Shown: positions 49,622 through 60,068, counted from the stretch's first letter. The stretch: 64,000 nucleotides of DNA from Minisyncoccota bacterium (GCA_032117235.1 JAULZW010000005.1:31264-95263); one strand, 5' to 3'. Numbers and translations are program-made. Notes: a model not told the origin generated them from the letters alone.

Positions 49622-49849
49622 TTGTATTTTAATTATATCCCCTCCTTTCACAGATATAAAAAAGCAATATTTGAAGATGAAATATTTATGTCTCCTAGAT
49701 TATTCTTATCTAGCAATATATATGAACTTAATGCTATACTTTTTTCGTGGCTTATTGAATATTTATCTGTTCGTCCTCATACTTCTCTTAACTATCTTAC
49801 TCCTCTCCAATTCCTTGGCTCTATGTCTACGATCTCCTCATCTTATACA
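49622..49849 (+). mobile_element. Remnant of an IS481/IS3-type DDE transposase (C-terminal integrase core) with right end
   Basis: WLIEYLSVRPHTSLNYLTPLQF matches the W..YN..RPH.SL...TP pattern; ends in ...TATACA; left boundary uncertain (possibly about 49563). Confidence 0.7.
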
Positions 49850-49854
49850 AACCC

Positions 49855-49883
49855 TTGACTAAATTATAGATATAGTTTATAAT
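49855..49883 (+). promoter_or_regulatory. Promoter of the tuf-S10 operon
   Basis: TTGACT-17 bp-TATAAT. Confidence 0.8.
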
Positions 49884-49950
49884 AGTTCAGAGTATGTTTG
49901 ACTCGTACGTGCTTTTATTAAGTTAAACAATAATAATTAAATACACTTCT

Positions 49951-51147
49951 ATGGCAACAGGGAAATATGAGCGCACAAAACCCCATGTAAACGTTGGAAC
50001 TATTGGTCACGTAGATCATGGTAAGACTACTTTGACAGCTGCTATTCTTAATGTTTTGAACTTAAGAGGTAATATGGTTACTAAAAAGGCAGTAAATGAA
50101 ATTGATGCTGCTCCTGAAGAAAAAGCAAGAGGAATTACTATTGCTGTAGCTCATGTTGAGTATGAATCAGACACAAGGCACTATGCTCATATTGATTGTC
50201 CGGGACATGCTGATTATATTAAAAATATGATCACTGGGGCAGCTCAAATGGATGGAGCTATTTTAGTGGTATCTGCAGCTGACGGACCTATGCCTCAAAC
50301 TCGTGAACATATTTTGTTAGCAAATCAAATTGGAGTACCTCAAATTGTTGTTTTCTTGAATAAAGTTGATCAAGTTGATGATGAAGAATTGGTAGAATTG
50401 GTAGAAGTAGAGGTTAGAGAATTATTGACCAAATATAGTTTTGATGGAGATAATGTTAGAATAGTTAGGGGGTCAGCTCTTAAGGCTCTTGAAGCTACTG
50501 ATGTTAATTCAGCAGAAGCAAAGCCTATTTTGGAATTAATTGACGCTTTAGATGAGGCTATTCCTGAACCAGTAAGAGAAATAGACAAGGATTTCTTAAT
50601 GCCAATTGAAGATATTTTCTCAATTGAAGGGAGAGGAACTGTTGTGACTGGAAGAATTGAAAAGGGTCTTATTAAAGTTAACTCTGAAGTAGAAATTGTA
50701 GGTCTAAAAGATACTCAAAAAACAGTTGTAACTGGAGTTGAAATGTTTAAAAAACTTCTTGATGAAGGTATGGCTGGAGATAATGTTGGTTTGCTTCTTC
50801 GTGGTGTGAAAAAAGAAGATGTAGAGAGAGGTCAGGTTCTTGCTAAGGTTGGTTCTATAACTCCTCACACTGAATTTGAAGCTGAAGTGTATGTTTTGAC
50901 TAAGGAAGAGGGTGGAAGGCATACTCCATTTGTATCTGGGTATAAGCCTCAGTTTTATATTAGAACTACTGATGTAACTGGTGAAATTACTTTACCTGAA
51001 GGTTCAGAGCTGGTTATGCCAGGGGATACTGTTACTGTAAAAGTTTCTTTGGTAGCTCCTATCGCTCTTACTGACCAGCAAAGATTTGCTATTAGAGAAG
51101 GTGGGCATACTGTTGGGGCTGGAGTTGTAACAAAAATTATTAAGTAG
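49951..51147 (+). CDS. tuf: Elongation factor Tu
   Basis: [21 protein letters not shown]. Confidence 0.99.
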   Translation: MATGKYERTKPHVNVGTIGHVDHGKTTLTAAILNVLNLRGNMVTKKAVNEIDAAPEEKARGITIAVAHVEYESDTRHYAHIDCPGHADYIKNMITGAAQMDGAILVVSAADGPMPQTREHILLANQIGVPQIVVFLNKVDQVDDEELVELVEVEVRELLTKYSFDGDNVRIVRGSALKALEATDVNSAEAKPILELIDALDEAIPEPVREIDKDFLMPIEDIFSIEGRGTVVTGRIEKGLIKVNSEVEIVGLKDTQKTVVTGVEMFKKLLDEGMAGDNVGLLLRGVKKEDVERGQVLAKVGSITPHTEFEAEVYVLTKEEGGRHTPFVSGYKPQFYIRTTDVTGEITLPEGSELVMPGDTVTVKVSLVAPIALTDQQRFAIREGGHTVGAGVVTKIIK

Positions 51148-51167
51148 TCTCTGCGTAAGAAAAAGGT

Positions 51168-51500
51168 ATGTCATCTAAAAAAGAAGAGTATAAGTCAATA
51201 ATTAGGATTAAGATCAAAGCTTATGATTATAAGATTGCTGATCAATCCTCTGTGCAAATTATTAATACTGCTTTAAAATTTGGAGCTAATGTTGTGGGGC
51301 CTATTCCACTTCCTACCTCCATTAAAAAGTACACGGTATTAAAATCTACCTTTGTGCATAAAGACTCTAGAGATCAGTTTGAAATTAGAGTTCACAAAAG
51401 ATTGATAGATATTGCAGAGCCAAATTCTAAAGTTATTGACGCTCTTATGAATTTGAATTTACCAGTAGGAGTAGATATATCTATCAAATATTTGAATTAG
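51168..51500 (+). CDS. rpsJ: 30S ribosomal protein uS10
   Basis: GPIPLPT, HKRLIDI. Confidence 0.97.
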   Translation: MSSKKEEYKSIIRIKIKAYDYKIADQSSVQIINTALKFGANVVGPIPLPTSIKKYTVLKSTFVHKDSRDQFEIRVHKRLIDIAEPNSKVIDALMNLNLPVGVDISIKYLN

Positions 51501-51522
51501 TAGTTAAGATGAGAGTATAAGT

Positions 51523-52101
51523 ATGAAGTTTTCGTTTGCTAAAAAGATTGGGATGACTCAGGTGTTTGAGGGTGGTTTAGTAATCCCTGTAACTAGAGTT
51601 CAATTATATTCAGATGTGAAAATACAAGCTCTCATCAAAAACTCTAAAAATGGATATAATGCTGTTCAAATTGGATCTAAGTATACTAAAAAAGTAAAAG
51701 ACTCTGTTCTCCCAAGACTATTAAAAGAAGTTAGAGTCAATGAGTTGCCAGATTTAGAAGTGGGAAAGGTATTAGATATATCTCAATATGAAGTTGGGAA
51801 TTCCATAACAATAAAAGGAATATCTAAAGGTAAGGGTTTTGCTGGAGTTGTAAAGAGACATAATTTCTCAGGAGCTAATGCTACCCATGGTACTAAGCAC
51901 ACTGAAAGATCTGGAGGATCTATAGGTTCTGGTTATCCAGAGCATGTTTTGAAGGGTCGCAAGATGCCAGGTAGAGATGGATTTAAATCTCAAACTCTAA
52001 AAAATATAAGGATAGTTGATATTGATGTAGAAAATAATCAATTATTATTAAAAGGATCAATTCCTGGTCCTAATAATGGATTGTTACAAATTGTTGGTTA
52101 G
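51523..52101 (+). CDS. rplC: 50S ribosomal protein uL3
   Basis: KKIGMTQ, SKGKGFAGVVKRH. Confidence 0.97.
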   Translation: MKFSFAKKIGMTQVFEGGLVIPVTRVQLYSDVKIQALIKNSKNGYNAVQIGSKYTKKVKDSVLPRLLKEVRVNELPDLEVGKVLDISQYEVGNSITIKGISKGKGFAGVVKRHNFSGANATHGTKHTERSGGSIGSGYPEHVLKGRKMPGRDGFKSQTLKNIRIVDIDVENNQLLLKGSIPGPNNGLLQIVG

Positions 52102-52109
52102 ATAATTAT

Positions 52110-52739
52110 ATGAAGATTCAAGTTTTTAATACTAAGGGAGAAGCAAAAGAGCAATATGAATTGCCTTCTGAAATATTTGGGATTAGTACCAATGATACTT
52201 TAGTACATCAAGTGTATAGATATCAGGTTCTAAATACGATCTATCCGGTAGCTCATACTAAAGATAGATCTGAAGTTCGTGGAGGTGGTAAAAAACCTTG
52301 GAAACAAAAAGGAACTGGTCGTGCTCGTCACGGTTCAACCAGATCTCCGATATGGCGTACGGGAGGTATAACTTTTGGACCTACTAGTTTAAAAAACTTT
52401 GCTATATCAATTAACAAAAAAATGAAGAGAAGAGCTTTGCTTATGGTTTTGTCCTCAAGAGTTGCTAATAACAAATTTATTTTATTAGATGACTTTACAT
52501 TGTCTCAAATGAAGACTAAGAATGCTTTATCAATTCTTAGTAATTTAAAATTAGACTCTATTAAAACTCTAGTTGTATTTGATAGAAAAAATAAGAATAT
52601 TGAGAAATCTTTTTCTAATATCCCTAATGTTTCATTACTCCCTTTTGATTCATTGAACTTAATAGATATTCTAAAAGCAGATACAGTTTTAACCGACATA
52701 TCTTCAGTTGAAAGTATTAAGAATATTTATATCAATTAA
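52110..52739 (+). CDS. rplD: 50S ribosomal protein uL4
   Basis: KPWKQKGTGRARHG. Confidence 0.97.
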   Translation: MKIQVFNTKGEAKEQYELPSEIFGISTNDTLVHQVYRYQVLNTIYPVAHTKDRSEVRGGGKKPWKQKGTGRARHGSTRSPIWRTGGITFGPTSLKNFAISINKKMKRRALLMVLSSRVANNKFILLDDFTLSQMKTKNALSILSNLKLDSIKTLVVFDRKNKNIEKSFSNIPNVSLLPFDSLNLIDILKADTVLTDISSVESIKNIYIN

Positions 52740-52749
52740 TTTTTGAGTT

Positions 52750-53076
52750 ATGGCAAATAAGAAAGAAGTTAAAAGTGAATCCACACAAGAGCTAAGACAT
52801 AATATCAATTCTTATAAATTGTTGGTTAAGCCTATTATTACTGAAAAAAGTTATTCTTTATTTCAAAATAGAAAGTATTCATTTGAAGTAGTAAAAGAAT
52901 CTAACAAACAAGAGATTGCAAAAGCTGTAGAATTGTTGTATAATGTAAAGGTTTCTCAAGTTAGAGTTATTAATATTAAACCAAGAAATGTATTCGTTCG
53001 AGGTAAAAAGGGGAAAACTAGTAGTTATAAAAAAGCTATTGTTTCTCTACAAGAAGGATATAGTATCACTATTTAG
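52750..53076 (+). CDS. rplW: 50S ribosomal protein uL23
   Basis: PIITEKS, KKAIV. Confidence 0.96.
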   Translation: MANKKEVKSESTQELRHNINSYKLLVKPIITEKSYSLFQNRKYSFEVVKESNKQEIAKAVELLYNVKVSQVRVINIKPRNVFVRGKKGKTSSYKKAIVSLQEGYSITI

Positions 53077-53081
53077 TAAGT

Positions 53082-53909
53082 ATGATTAAGCACCGTAAAC
53101 CTACCACTCCAGGAAGAAGAAAAAGCTCAGTAGTTGATTATAGAGCTGTTTTGACTAAAACAATTCCAGAAAAATCTTTATTAGCTCCAATTAACTCTAT
53201 GTCAGGTAGAAATTCAAGAGGAGTTATTACTGTTAGACATAAAGGGGGACGTAATAAAAGAATGTATAGATTAGTAGACTTTAAGCAAAAAAGATTAGAT
53301 ATTGATGCTATTGTGAAGTCTATAGAGTATGATCCTAATCGTTCAGCTTTTATTGCATTGATTACTTATACTGATGGAATAAAGTCTTATATTTTAGCAT
53401 CATCAAAATTAGCTGTAGGTCAAAGACTTATCTTTAGTAAACAAGCTCCATTAGTGTCTGGAAATCGTTTAGCCATTGAATATATTCCGGTTGGAACTGA
53501 AATTTATAATTTAGAATTATTCCCAGGTAAGGGGGGGCAAATTATTCGCTCAGCTGGAAGTGCAGGACAAGTTCTTGCGGTAGAAGATAACTATGCTCTT
53601 GTTAAATTGCCTTCTGGGGAAGTAAGAAAAGTACATAAAACAGTATATGCTAGTATTGGTAGAGTTAGTAATGAGTCACATATGCTAGAAAATATTGGAA
53701 AAGCTGGACGAAACCGATGGCGAGGTGTTAGGCCTGCCGTGAGAGGAAGTGCTATGAACCCAGTGGATCATCCTCATGGGGGAGGAGAAGGAAGACAGCC
53801 AATTGGTCTGAAATCTCCTAAAACTCCTTGGGGTAAAATTGCTCTTGGAAAGAAGACTCGTAAGAAAAGCAAGTCTAGCAATAAGTTTATTATAAGTAGA
53901 AGAAAATAA
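53082..53909 (+). CDS. rplB: 50S ribosomal protein uL2
   Basis: [19 protein letters not shown]. Confidence 0.98.
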   Translation: MIKHRKPTTPGRRKSSVVDYRAVLTKTIPEKSLLAPINSMSGRNSRGVITVRHKGGRNKRMYRLVDFKQKRLDIDAIVKSIEYDPNRSAFIALITYTDGIKSYILASSKLAVGQRLIFSKQAPLVSGNRLAIEYIPVGTEIYNLELFPGKGGQIIRSAGSAGQVLAVEDNYALVKLPSGEVRKVHKTVYASIGRVSNESHMLENIGKAGRNRWRGVRPAVRGSAMNPVDHPHGGGEGRQPIGLKSPKTPWGKIALGKKTRKKSKSSNKFIISRRK

Positions 53910-53919
53910 TTGTAAGTAT

Positions 53920-54186
53920 ATGTCAAGAAGTCTTAAAAAAGGTCCATATATTGATGAAAAGCTTATTGCTAAGGTTTTAGCTTTGAAACCAGGAGATTCT
54001 ACTATTATTAAAACTTGGGCTCGTCATAGTACAATTACTCCAGAAATGGTTGGATTTACTTTTGGAGTACATAATGGTAAGACTCATATTTCAGTTTATG
54101 TTAAAGAAGATATGGTAGGACATAAATTAGGAGAGTTTTCACCAACCCGTAAGTTTATTGGTCACGGAGGTAAGAAAGTTAAATAG
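53920..54186 (+). CDS. rpsS: 30S ribosomal protein uS19
   Basis: [18 protein letters not shown]. Confidence 0.98.
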   Translation: MSRSLKKGPYIDEKLIAKVLALKPGDSTIIKTWARHSTITPEMVGFTFGVHNGKTHISVYVKEDMVGHKLGEFSPTRKFIGHGGKKVK

Positions 54187-54193
54187 TATCTTT

Positions 54194-54712
54194 ATGGAAT
54201 GGAATGCAACTCTTAAAAACCTTAGAATAAGTCCAAGAAAAGCTCGTCTTGTAGTTGATGCTGTTCGTGGAAAATCAGTTCGTGAAGCTATTTTAATTTT
54301 AGATACTGTTTATAAAAAGTCTAGTTTACCAGTCAAAAAATTAATTCAATCAGCATTAGCTAATGCTAAAAAACAGGATTCTGTTTTGGAATCTCAGTTA
54401 AAAGTAGAAAAAATTTATGTAGATGCTGGGATAACATTAAAAAGATTTAGACCACGTGCATTTGGAAGAGCCTATACTATTCGTAAAAGAAGTTCACATA
54501 TTAGTTTGACTTTAGGGGAATTAGATATAGTAAAAAACCGTAAATTAAAATCAGAATTACATGAAACTTCAACCAAAGAAGATGTAGAGACTAAATCTTT
54601 AGATAAAGAATTAAAACCAAAAACTACACAAGCTAAAAGTACTAAGAAAGCTACCACACCTAAAAAGTCTGTTGATAGTAAAGCTACCAAAAAAACAGTT
54701 AGCGATAAATAA
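54194..54712 (+). CDS. rplV: 50S ribosomal protein uL22 with Lys/Thr-rich C-terminal tail
   Basis: SPRKARLV, PRAFGRA..IRKRSSHI; start at MEWNA. Confidence 0.96.
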   Translation: MEWNATLKNLRISPRKARLVVDAVRGKSVREAILILDTVYKKSSLPVKKLIQSALANAKKQDSVLESQLKVEKIYVDAGITLKRFRPRAFGRAYTIRKRSSHISLTLGELDIVKNRKLKSELHETSTKEDVETKSLDKELKPKTTQAKSTKKATTPKKSVDSKATKKTVSDK

Positions 54713-54721
54713 TTTAGATAT

Positions 54722-55369
54722 ATGGGAAATAAGATTTCAGCAAATTTATATAGACTAGGAGTTACTAAAAACTGGAACTCTCGTTGGTTCGGTACTGCTC
54801 GTAATTTACCTAAAGATTTACAGGAAGATGCTAAAATACGTAAATTTATCAATAAATCACTACCTAAATCAGGTATAAGTCATATTGATATTGAAAGAAG
54901 CCCAAAACTTATTAATATTATTATACATACCTCAAGAGCCGGAATGATTATTGGAAGAGGTGGATCTGGAATTGAAACTTTGAAAAAGAATATTAAGCAA
55001 TTAATAGGAACTCAAATAGATTTGAGATTAACTGTAGAAGAAATTAAAAATCCTAATGAAAACGCTTCTATTATAGGTGAGAATATTGCTGAACAATTAG
55101 AAAAAAGAATTCCATTTAGAAGAATATTGAAGCAAACTATAGAGAATGTATATCAAAGTCATAATGTGAAGGGAGTAAAAATATTGCTTAGCGGTAGATT
55201 AGATGGAGCAGAAATGTCTAGAGCAGAGTATTTAACTAAAGGTAAGATTCCTTTAGCTACTCTTAGAGCTGATATTGATTTTGCTAAGAAAACTGCTTAT
55301 ACCAAATATGGAACTACTGGAATTAAGGTTTGGATATATAAGGGAGATGTAGTAGCAGATGAAAATTAA
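54722..55369 (+). CDS. rpsC: 30S ribosomal protein uS3
   Basis: KH motif IIGRGG, GRLDGAEM. Confidence 0.97.
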   Translation: MGNKISANLYRLGVTKNWNSRWFGTARNLPKDLQEDAKIRKFINKSLPKSGISHIDIERSPKLINIIIHTSRAGMIIGRGGSGIETLKKNIKQLIGTQIDLRLTVEEIKNPNENASIIGENIAEQLEKRIPFRRILKQTIENVYQSHNVKGVKILLSGRLDGAEMSRAEYLTKGKIPLATLRADIDFAKKTAYTKYGTTGIKVWIYKGDVVADEN

Positions 55370-55388
55370 TTAACTTAAGAATAGGATT

Positions 55389-55808
55389 ATGTTATTAGCA
55401 CCAAGAAAGACCAAGCATAGAAAAGTTCATAAAGGAAAGCCTTCCGAAAAACTAACTGTTGCCTCTAGAGGAATAGAGTTGTCATTTGGCTCTTATGGAC
55501 TTAAAGCTACTGAAGCTAAGTGGATTACTGCAAGACAAATTGAGTCTGCCAGAAGAGCTATTACTAGATACACATCTAGAGGTGGTAAAGTTTGGATTAG
55601 AGTTTTCCCACATAAACCTATTACTGCTAAAAGTGCTGAAGTAGGTATGGGAAAAGGAAAAGGAGCGGTAGATCATTATGTGGTTAACCTTAAAGCTGGT
55701 AAAATTCTATTTGAGATTGATGGAGTTTCTGCTGAAGTAGCTTCTGAAGCTCTTAAAAGAGCTGGAGCTAAGTTGCCAGTTAAGACTAAGTTTATTAGCA
55801 AAGATTAG
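55389..55808 (+). CDS. rplP: 50S ribosomal protein uL16
   Basis: RQIESAR, MGKGKG. Confidence 0.97.
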   Translation: MLLAPRKTKHRKVHKGKPSEKLTVASRGIELSFGSYGLKATEAKWITARQIESARRAITRYTSRGGKVWIRVFPHKPITAKSAEVGMGKGKGAVDHYVVNLKAGKILFEIDGVSAEVASEALKRAGAKLPVKTKFISKD

Positions 55809-55817
55809 TAAAAAGTA

Positions 55818-55846
55818 TTGACTAATGCTAAAAAATTAGATATAAT
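55818..55846 (+). promoter_or_regulatory. Internal promoter upstream of rpmC
   Basis: TTGACT-17 bp-TATAAT in a 79-bp gap. Confidence 0.75.
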
Positions 55847-55887
55847 AGATTTTATGCTATATTAATGTGTTAAGAGGAACATAGGTT

Positions 55888-56079
55888 ATGAGTAAGAATA
55901 TATACAGTACTAAGTCACAGGAAGAATTACAAAATATTTTATCTGATAAAAAGATAGAATTAGGTAAGTTAGTATTTGTAAAAAATGATCCTTCTCAGAA
56001 GACTAATAGTGCTTCTTTAAAAACATTAAGAAAAGATATCTCTCGTATTAAAACATTATTGAATCAATCATCTAAATAA
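55888..56079 (+). CDS. rpmC: 50S ribosomal protein uL29
   Basis: Position; LRKDISRIKT. Confidence 0.92.
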   Translation: MSKNIYSTKSQEELQNILSDKKIELGKLVFVKNDPSQKTNSASLKTLRKDISRIKTLLNQSSK

Positions 56080-56081
56080 TT

Positions 56082-56339
56082 ATGTCCGATATTATAATCA
56101 CATCTAATACAGTTAACAAGAGAACTTTAAAAGGTAAAGTTACATCTATTGCTATGCAAAAAACAGTGGTTGTTGCTGTGAATAAAACTAAATTAGATCC
56201 TTTATATAAGAAAAGATATACAGTTACTAAAAAATATAAAGCACATAATGAGAACGATGCAATTCAAGTAGGTGATGAAGTAATGATCAGAGAATCAAAG
56301 CCTTTGTCTAAGCATAAAAGATGGGTAGTAATACAATAA
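56082..56339 (+). CDS. rpsQ: 30S ribosomal protein uS17
   Basis: [16 protein letters not shown]. Confidence 0.96.
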   Translation: MSDIIITSNTVNKRTLKGKVTSIAMQKTVVVAVNKTKLDPLYKKRYTVTKKYKAHNENDAIQVGDEVMIRESKPLSKHKRWVVIQ

Positions 56340-56340
56340 T

Positions 56341-56709
56341 ATGATTCAGAAAGAGACTAAGTTGAAAGTAGCTGATAACTCAGGAGCAAAAATCATTGAA
56401 TGTTTCAATGTCTTGGGAGGAACTCGTAAAAGATATGCTCAATTGGGTGATATTATTGTGGCATCTGTTAAGAGTGCTGAGCCCCGAGCTACTGTTAAAA
56501 AGGGAGATGTAGTTAAAGCTGTTATCGTTAGACAATGTAAAGAATATCGTAGATCAGATGGATCTTATATTAGATTTAGCGAAAATGCAGCGGTAATTAT
56601 TAACAATAGTAAAGAGCCTGTAGGAACTCGTGTATTCGGGCCAATTGCTAGAGAAATCAGAGAGTCCGGATATATGAAAATTGTATCATTAGCACCAGAA
56701 GTGTTGTAA
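56341..56709 (+). CDS. rplN: 50S ribosomal protein uL14
   Basis: ADNSGA, GTRVFGP, SLAPEVL. Confidence 0.98.
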   Translation: MIQKETKLKVADNSGAKIIECFNVLGGTRKRYAQLGDIIVASVKSAEPRATVKKGDVVKAVIVRQCKEYRRSDGSYIRFSENAAVIINNSKEPVGTRVFGPIAREIRESGYMKIVSLAPEVL

Positions 56710-56722
56710 TTATAGTAATAGT

Positions 56723-57028
56723 ATGAAGATTCGTAAAAATGACATTGTAGAGGTTATCACTGGAAAGGATAAAGGCAAAAGAGGGAAAGTACTTGAAGTT
56801 ATTACTTCTAGAAACCGTCTTCGTGTTGAAGGTGTTATGTTAGTAAAAAAACATCAGAAACCTCGTCAAAATGGAGAAATTGGAACTATTATAGAGAAAC
56901 CATCTACTATACATATTTCTAATGTGGCTTTTGTTGATTCTGAAACTTCTACGAGAACTAAAGTTTCATATAAGTTATTAGAGGGTAAAAAAGTTAGATA
57001 TAGTCATAAGTTGAATAAAGAATTGTAA
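56723..57028 (+). CDS. rplX: 50S ribosomal protein uL24
   Basis: GKDKGK, IHISNV. Confidence 0.97.
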   Translation: MKIRKNDIVEVITGKDKGKRGKVLEVITSRNRLRVEGVMLVKKHQKPRQNGEIGTIIEKPSTIHISNVAFVDSETSTRTKVSYKLLEGKKVRYSHKLNKEL

Positions 57029-57029
57029 T

Positions 57030-57569
57030 ATGTCAAGTTTAAAAATACGTTATCAAGATAGTTTGAAGCCAGAGCTAATGAAAGAGTTTGCAATAAACAA
57101 TTCACTCGCTGCTCCTAAAATAGAGAAAATAACTCTAAATGTTGGTACTGGAAAAAACTTTCGTGATGTACAGAAGTTTGAAAAAGTAAAATCTATTTTA
57201 ACTACAATTGCTGCTCAGCAACCTATCTCAGTAGTTGCTAAAAGTTCTATAGCTCAATTTAAAACTAGAAAGGGTATGACTATAGCACTTAAAGTTACTT
57301 TAAGAGGAGAGAGGATGTATGACTTTTTAGATAGACTAATTAGTATTGCCCTACCTAGAACTAGAGATTTTCAAGGCATTGAATCTACTAAGATTGATGC
57401 TCAAGGAAATGTTAACTTTGGCATTAAAGAGCAAATTATTTTTCCAGAACTGTCTAATGAAGAGCTTGGTATTAACTTTGGACTACAAGTTAATATTACA
57501 GTTTCTAATTCTAATAAGGAAAAAAGTCTTTATCTATTAAAATCAATGGGATTCCCATTTAAGCAATAA
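57030..57569 (+). CDS. rplE: 50S ribosomal protein uL5
   Basis: [21 protein letters not shown]. Confidence 0.97.
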   Translation: MSSLKIRYQDSLKPELMKEFAINNSLAAPKIEKITLNVGTGKNFRDVQKFEKVKSILTTIAAQQPISVVAKSSIAQFKTRKGMTIALKVTLRGERMYDFLDRLISIALPRTRDFQGIESTKIDAQGNVNFGIKEQIIFPELSNEELGINFGLQVNITVSNSNKEKSLYLLKSMGFPFKQ

Positions 57570-57580
57570 TATTATACTAT

Positions 57581-57766
57581 ATGGCTACAGAAGCACACAT
57601 CGCAAAATCTAAGAAGAAGCAAAAATTTACAACTAGAGGAGTAAATAGATGCTTTAGTTGTGGACGTCATAGAGGTTATATGCGAGACTTTGGATTGTGT
57701 AGAATTTGTTTCAGAGAAATGGCATCACAAAGAGTAATCCCAGGTGTTAAAAAATCTAGTTGGTAA
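57581..57766 (+). CDS. rpsN: 30S ribosomal protein uS14, zinc-binding type
   Basis: CFSC...CRIC; 61 aa. Confidence 0.97.
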   Translation: MATEAHIAKSKKKQKFTTRGVNRCFSCGRHRGYMRDFGLCRICFREMASQRVIPGVKKSSW

Positions 57767-57777
57767 ATATAAGATAT

Positions 57778-58167
57778 ATGAATACTTCAGACCCTATCGC
57801 AGACATGTTAACAAGAATTAGAAACTCTCAGCTTGTAAATAAAAAAGAGGTATCTATTCCTTACTCTAAGCTTAAGTTTGAAATTGCTAAGTTATTAAAA
57901 ACAAGAAAATTCATATCAGCAGTTGAGAAGAAAGAGCAAGAAAACGCATTTCCTTTGATTGTTGTTACTCTAAAAAAAGATGGTATTAAAGGTATTGATA
58001 GAGTTAGCAAACCAGGTAGAAGAGTTTATTCTAAATCTCAAGATTTACCAACTCAATTTAAATATGGTAAAGGAACTGTAATAGTTTCCACTTCAAAAGG
58101 TATTATTGATGCTAATACTGCTAAGAGAGAAAAACTGGGGGGTGAAATTATCTGTCAAGTTTGGTAA
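57778..58167 (+). CDS. rpsH: 30S ribosomal protein uS8
   Basis: DPIADMLTRIRN, SKPGRRVY, GGEI. Confidence 0.97.
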   Translation: MNTSDPIADMLTRIRNSQLVNKKEVSIPYSKLKFEIAKLLKTRKFISAVEKKEQENAFPLIVVTLKKDGIKGIDRVSKPGRRVYSKSQDLPTQFKYGKGTVIVSTSKGIIDANTAKREKLGGEIICQVW

Positions 58168-58185
58168 TAAGGTAAATATAATATT

Positions 58186-58722
58186 ATGTCAAGAGTAGGT
58201 AAAAAACCAATTCAAATTCCTAAAGAAGTATCAGTAATATTAGAAGATAATACTTTGAAAGTTACTGGTCCTAAAGGAACTTTGAAACAAGTAGTTAGTC
58301 ATCCAATTTCCTTTGAAATAGGAGAAAATGAGGTATTTGTAGCTCCAAAAGAGCAGATCAAAAATGTAAGTGCTTTTTGGGGTTTATATAGAGCTTTACT
58401 TCAAAATATGATTACTGGAGTAACTGAAGGCTTTACTAAAAAATTAAGAATTGAAGGGGTTGGATATAGAGTGGCCTTACAGGAACAAACTTTAATATTG
58501 AACTTGGGTTATTCTCATCCGATTGAAATTACTGCTCCAGAAGGAATTTCATTTGAAGTAGAAAAAAACACTATATCTGTTCAGGGTATTAGTAAAGAAT
58601 TAGTGGGACAGGTATCAGCTAATATAAGATCTACCAGACCTCCAGAACCATATAAAGGGAAAGGTGTTAGATATGATGATGAGTTTGTAAGAATGAAAGT
58701 AGGTAAGAAGACATCTTCTTAA
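58186..58722 (+). CDS. rplF: 50S ribosomal protein uL6
   Basis: SRVGK, PEPYKGKG. Confidence 0.97.
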   Translation: MSRVGKKPIQIPKEVSVILEDNTLKVTGPKGTLKQVVSHPISFEIGENEVFVAPKEQIKNVSAFWGLYRALLQNMITGVTEGFTKKLRIEGVGYRVALQEQTLILNLGYSHPIEITAPEGISFEVEKNTISVQGISKELVGQVSANIRSTRPPEPYKGKGVRYDDEFVRMKVGKKTSS

Positions 58723-58725
58723 TAC

Positions 58726-58754
58726 TTGAAATATTAAGTTAAATATGATATAGT
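58726..58754 (+). promoter_or_regulatory. Internal promoter upstream of rplR
   Basis: TTGAAA-17 bp-TATAGT with TG extension. Confidence 0.6.
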
Positions 58755-58775
58755 ATTGTTTATAATGTATATAGT

Positions 58776-59132
58776 ATGAAAGAAATTTTGGATAAACAGA
58801 GAAGATTAGCGAGAAGAAAAGTAAGAGTTAGAGGTAAAATCTCTGGTAGCTCTACTGTTCCTAGATTGGCTGTATCTAAAAGCAATACAAGTGTCTATGC
58901 TCAGTTAATAGATGATATTAAGGGTATTACTTTGGTAGGTGTGCATAGTAAATCAATTAATACTGGTAATAATGTTACTGTTGCTGATTCTGAAAAACTA
59001 GGTCAAAAATTAGCAGAGATGGCTCTTAAGAAAAATATTCATCGAGCTGTTTTTGATAGAAGAGGTAGAAAATATACAGGTAAAATAGCGGCTTTTGCTG
59101 AAGGAGTTCGTAAATCAGGATTAAGAGTTTAA
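58776..59132 (+). CDS. rplR: 50S ribosomal protein uL18
   Basis: PRL.V..S, YAQLIDD, VFDR. Confidence 0.96.
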   Translation: MKEILDKQRRLARRKVRVRGKISGSSTVPRLAVSKSNTSVYAQLIDDIKGITLVGVHSKSINTGNNVTVADSEKLGQKLAEMALKKNIHRAVFDRRGRKYTGKIAAFAEGVRKSGLRV

Positions 59133-59140
59133 TAATTATT

Positions 59141-59602
59141 ATGTCAAAAAGTCAACAACAATCACGACAGCCAGAAAAAAGAGAATATGACCACAAAGTT
59201 CTTGATATAGCTAGAGTAGCTCGTGTTATGGCAGGAGGAAGAAGATTTTCATTTAGAGCTGCGGTAGTTATAGGAGATAGAAATGGTAAGGTAGGAGTTG
59301 GGTTAGGAAAAGGAGCGGACACTGCTATTGCTATTGACAAGGCTATTAACTCAGCTAAGAAGAAATTAGTACAAATAGATGTTAGTACAGGTACTATTCC
59401 AGTTGATTCTACTGCAAAGTTTGGAAGTGCTCAAGTTATTTTAAAACCAGCAAAGGAAGGAAAAGGAATTGTAGCTGGAGGGGCTACTAGAACAGTAGTT
59501 GATTTAGTGGGTATTAAAAATATAACCTCTAAAATGTTAGGTGGTAACAATAAGCTTAATAATGCAAGGGCAACTGTAAAAGCTTTATTAAAGACACAAT
59601 AG
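59141..59602 (+). CDS. rpsE: 30S ribosomal protein uS5
   Basis: GGRRFSF, VGVGLGK. Confidence 0.97.
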   Translation: MSKSQQQSRQPEKREYDHKVLDIARVARVMAGGRRFSFRAAVVIGDRNGKVGVGLGKGADTAIAIDKAINSAKKKLVQIDVSTGTIPVDSTAKFGSAQVILKPAKEGKGIVAGGATRTVVDLVGIKNITSKMLGGNNKLNNARATVKALLKTQ

Positions 59603-59603
59603 T

Positions 59604-60068
59604 ATGCAAATTCACACATTATCTTCAAATTTATCTAAAAAATCTCGTAAGCGTATTGGTCGTGGTGGAAAGCGAGGAACATATAGTGGTAAAGGTCAAA
59701 AAGGACAAAAATCTAGATCAGGAGCTAAGATATCTCCTTTATTTACAGGAGGTAGTGCTGCTTTAGCTGGACAAGGAAGTCGTGTTATTCATAAAAGAAG
59801 AGGACAGTCTCCAGTACAAGGTCATCATAGAATAGGAAATGTTAAAGGTAAGGTTTCATATAAAGTAATCAATATAGAGTCTATTGCTAATTTGTTTGAT
59901 AATAAGGCTATTATTAATATGGAGAGCCTAGTTGAAGCTAAATTAGTATCTAATAACTCTATTAAGGTCAAGATCTTAGCTAAAAATACTGGAGATATTA
60001 TTAACAAAAAATTTACTTTTGAAAATTTAGTAACATCTAAAACAGTGCAAAATTTGTATAGCATCTAA
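59604..60068 (+). CDS. rplO: 50S ribosomal protein uL15
   Basis: RIGRGGKRGTYSGKGQKGQKSRSG. Confidence 0.93.
   Translation: MQIHTLSSNLSKKSRKRIGRGGKRGTYSGKGQKGQKSRSGAKISPLFTGGSAALAGQGSRVIHKRRGQSPVQGHHRIGNVKGKVSYKVINIESIANLFDNKAIINMESLVEAKLVSNNSIKVKILAKNTGDIINKKFTFENLVTSKTVQNLYSI

Noticed and set aside
49557-49862. 101-aa ORF listed in the track
   Set aside because: Overlaps the frame carrying the integrase motif and has no recognisable features; treated as part of the IS relic
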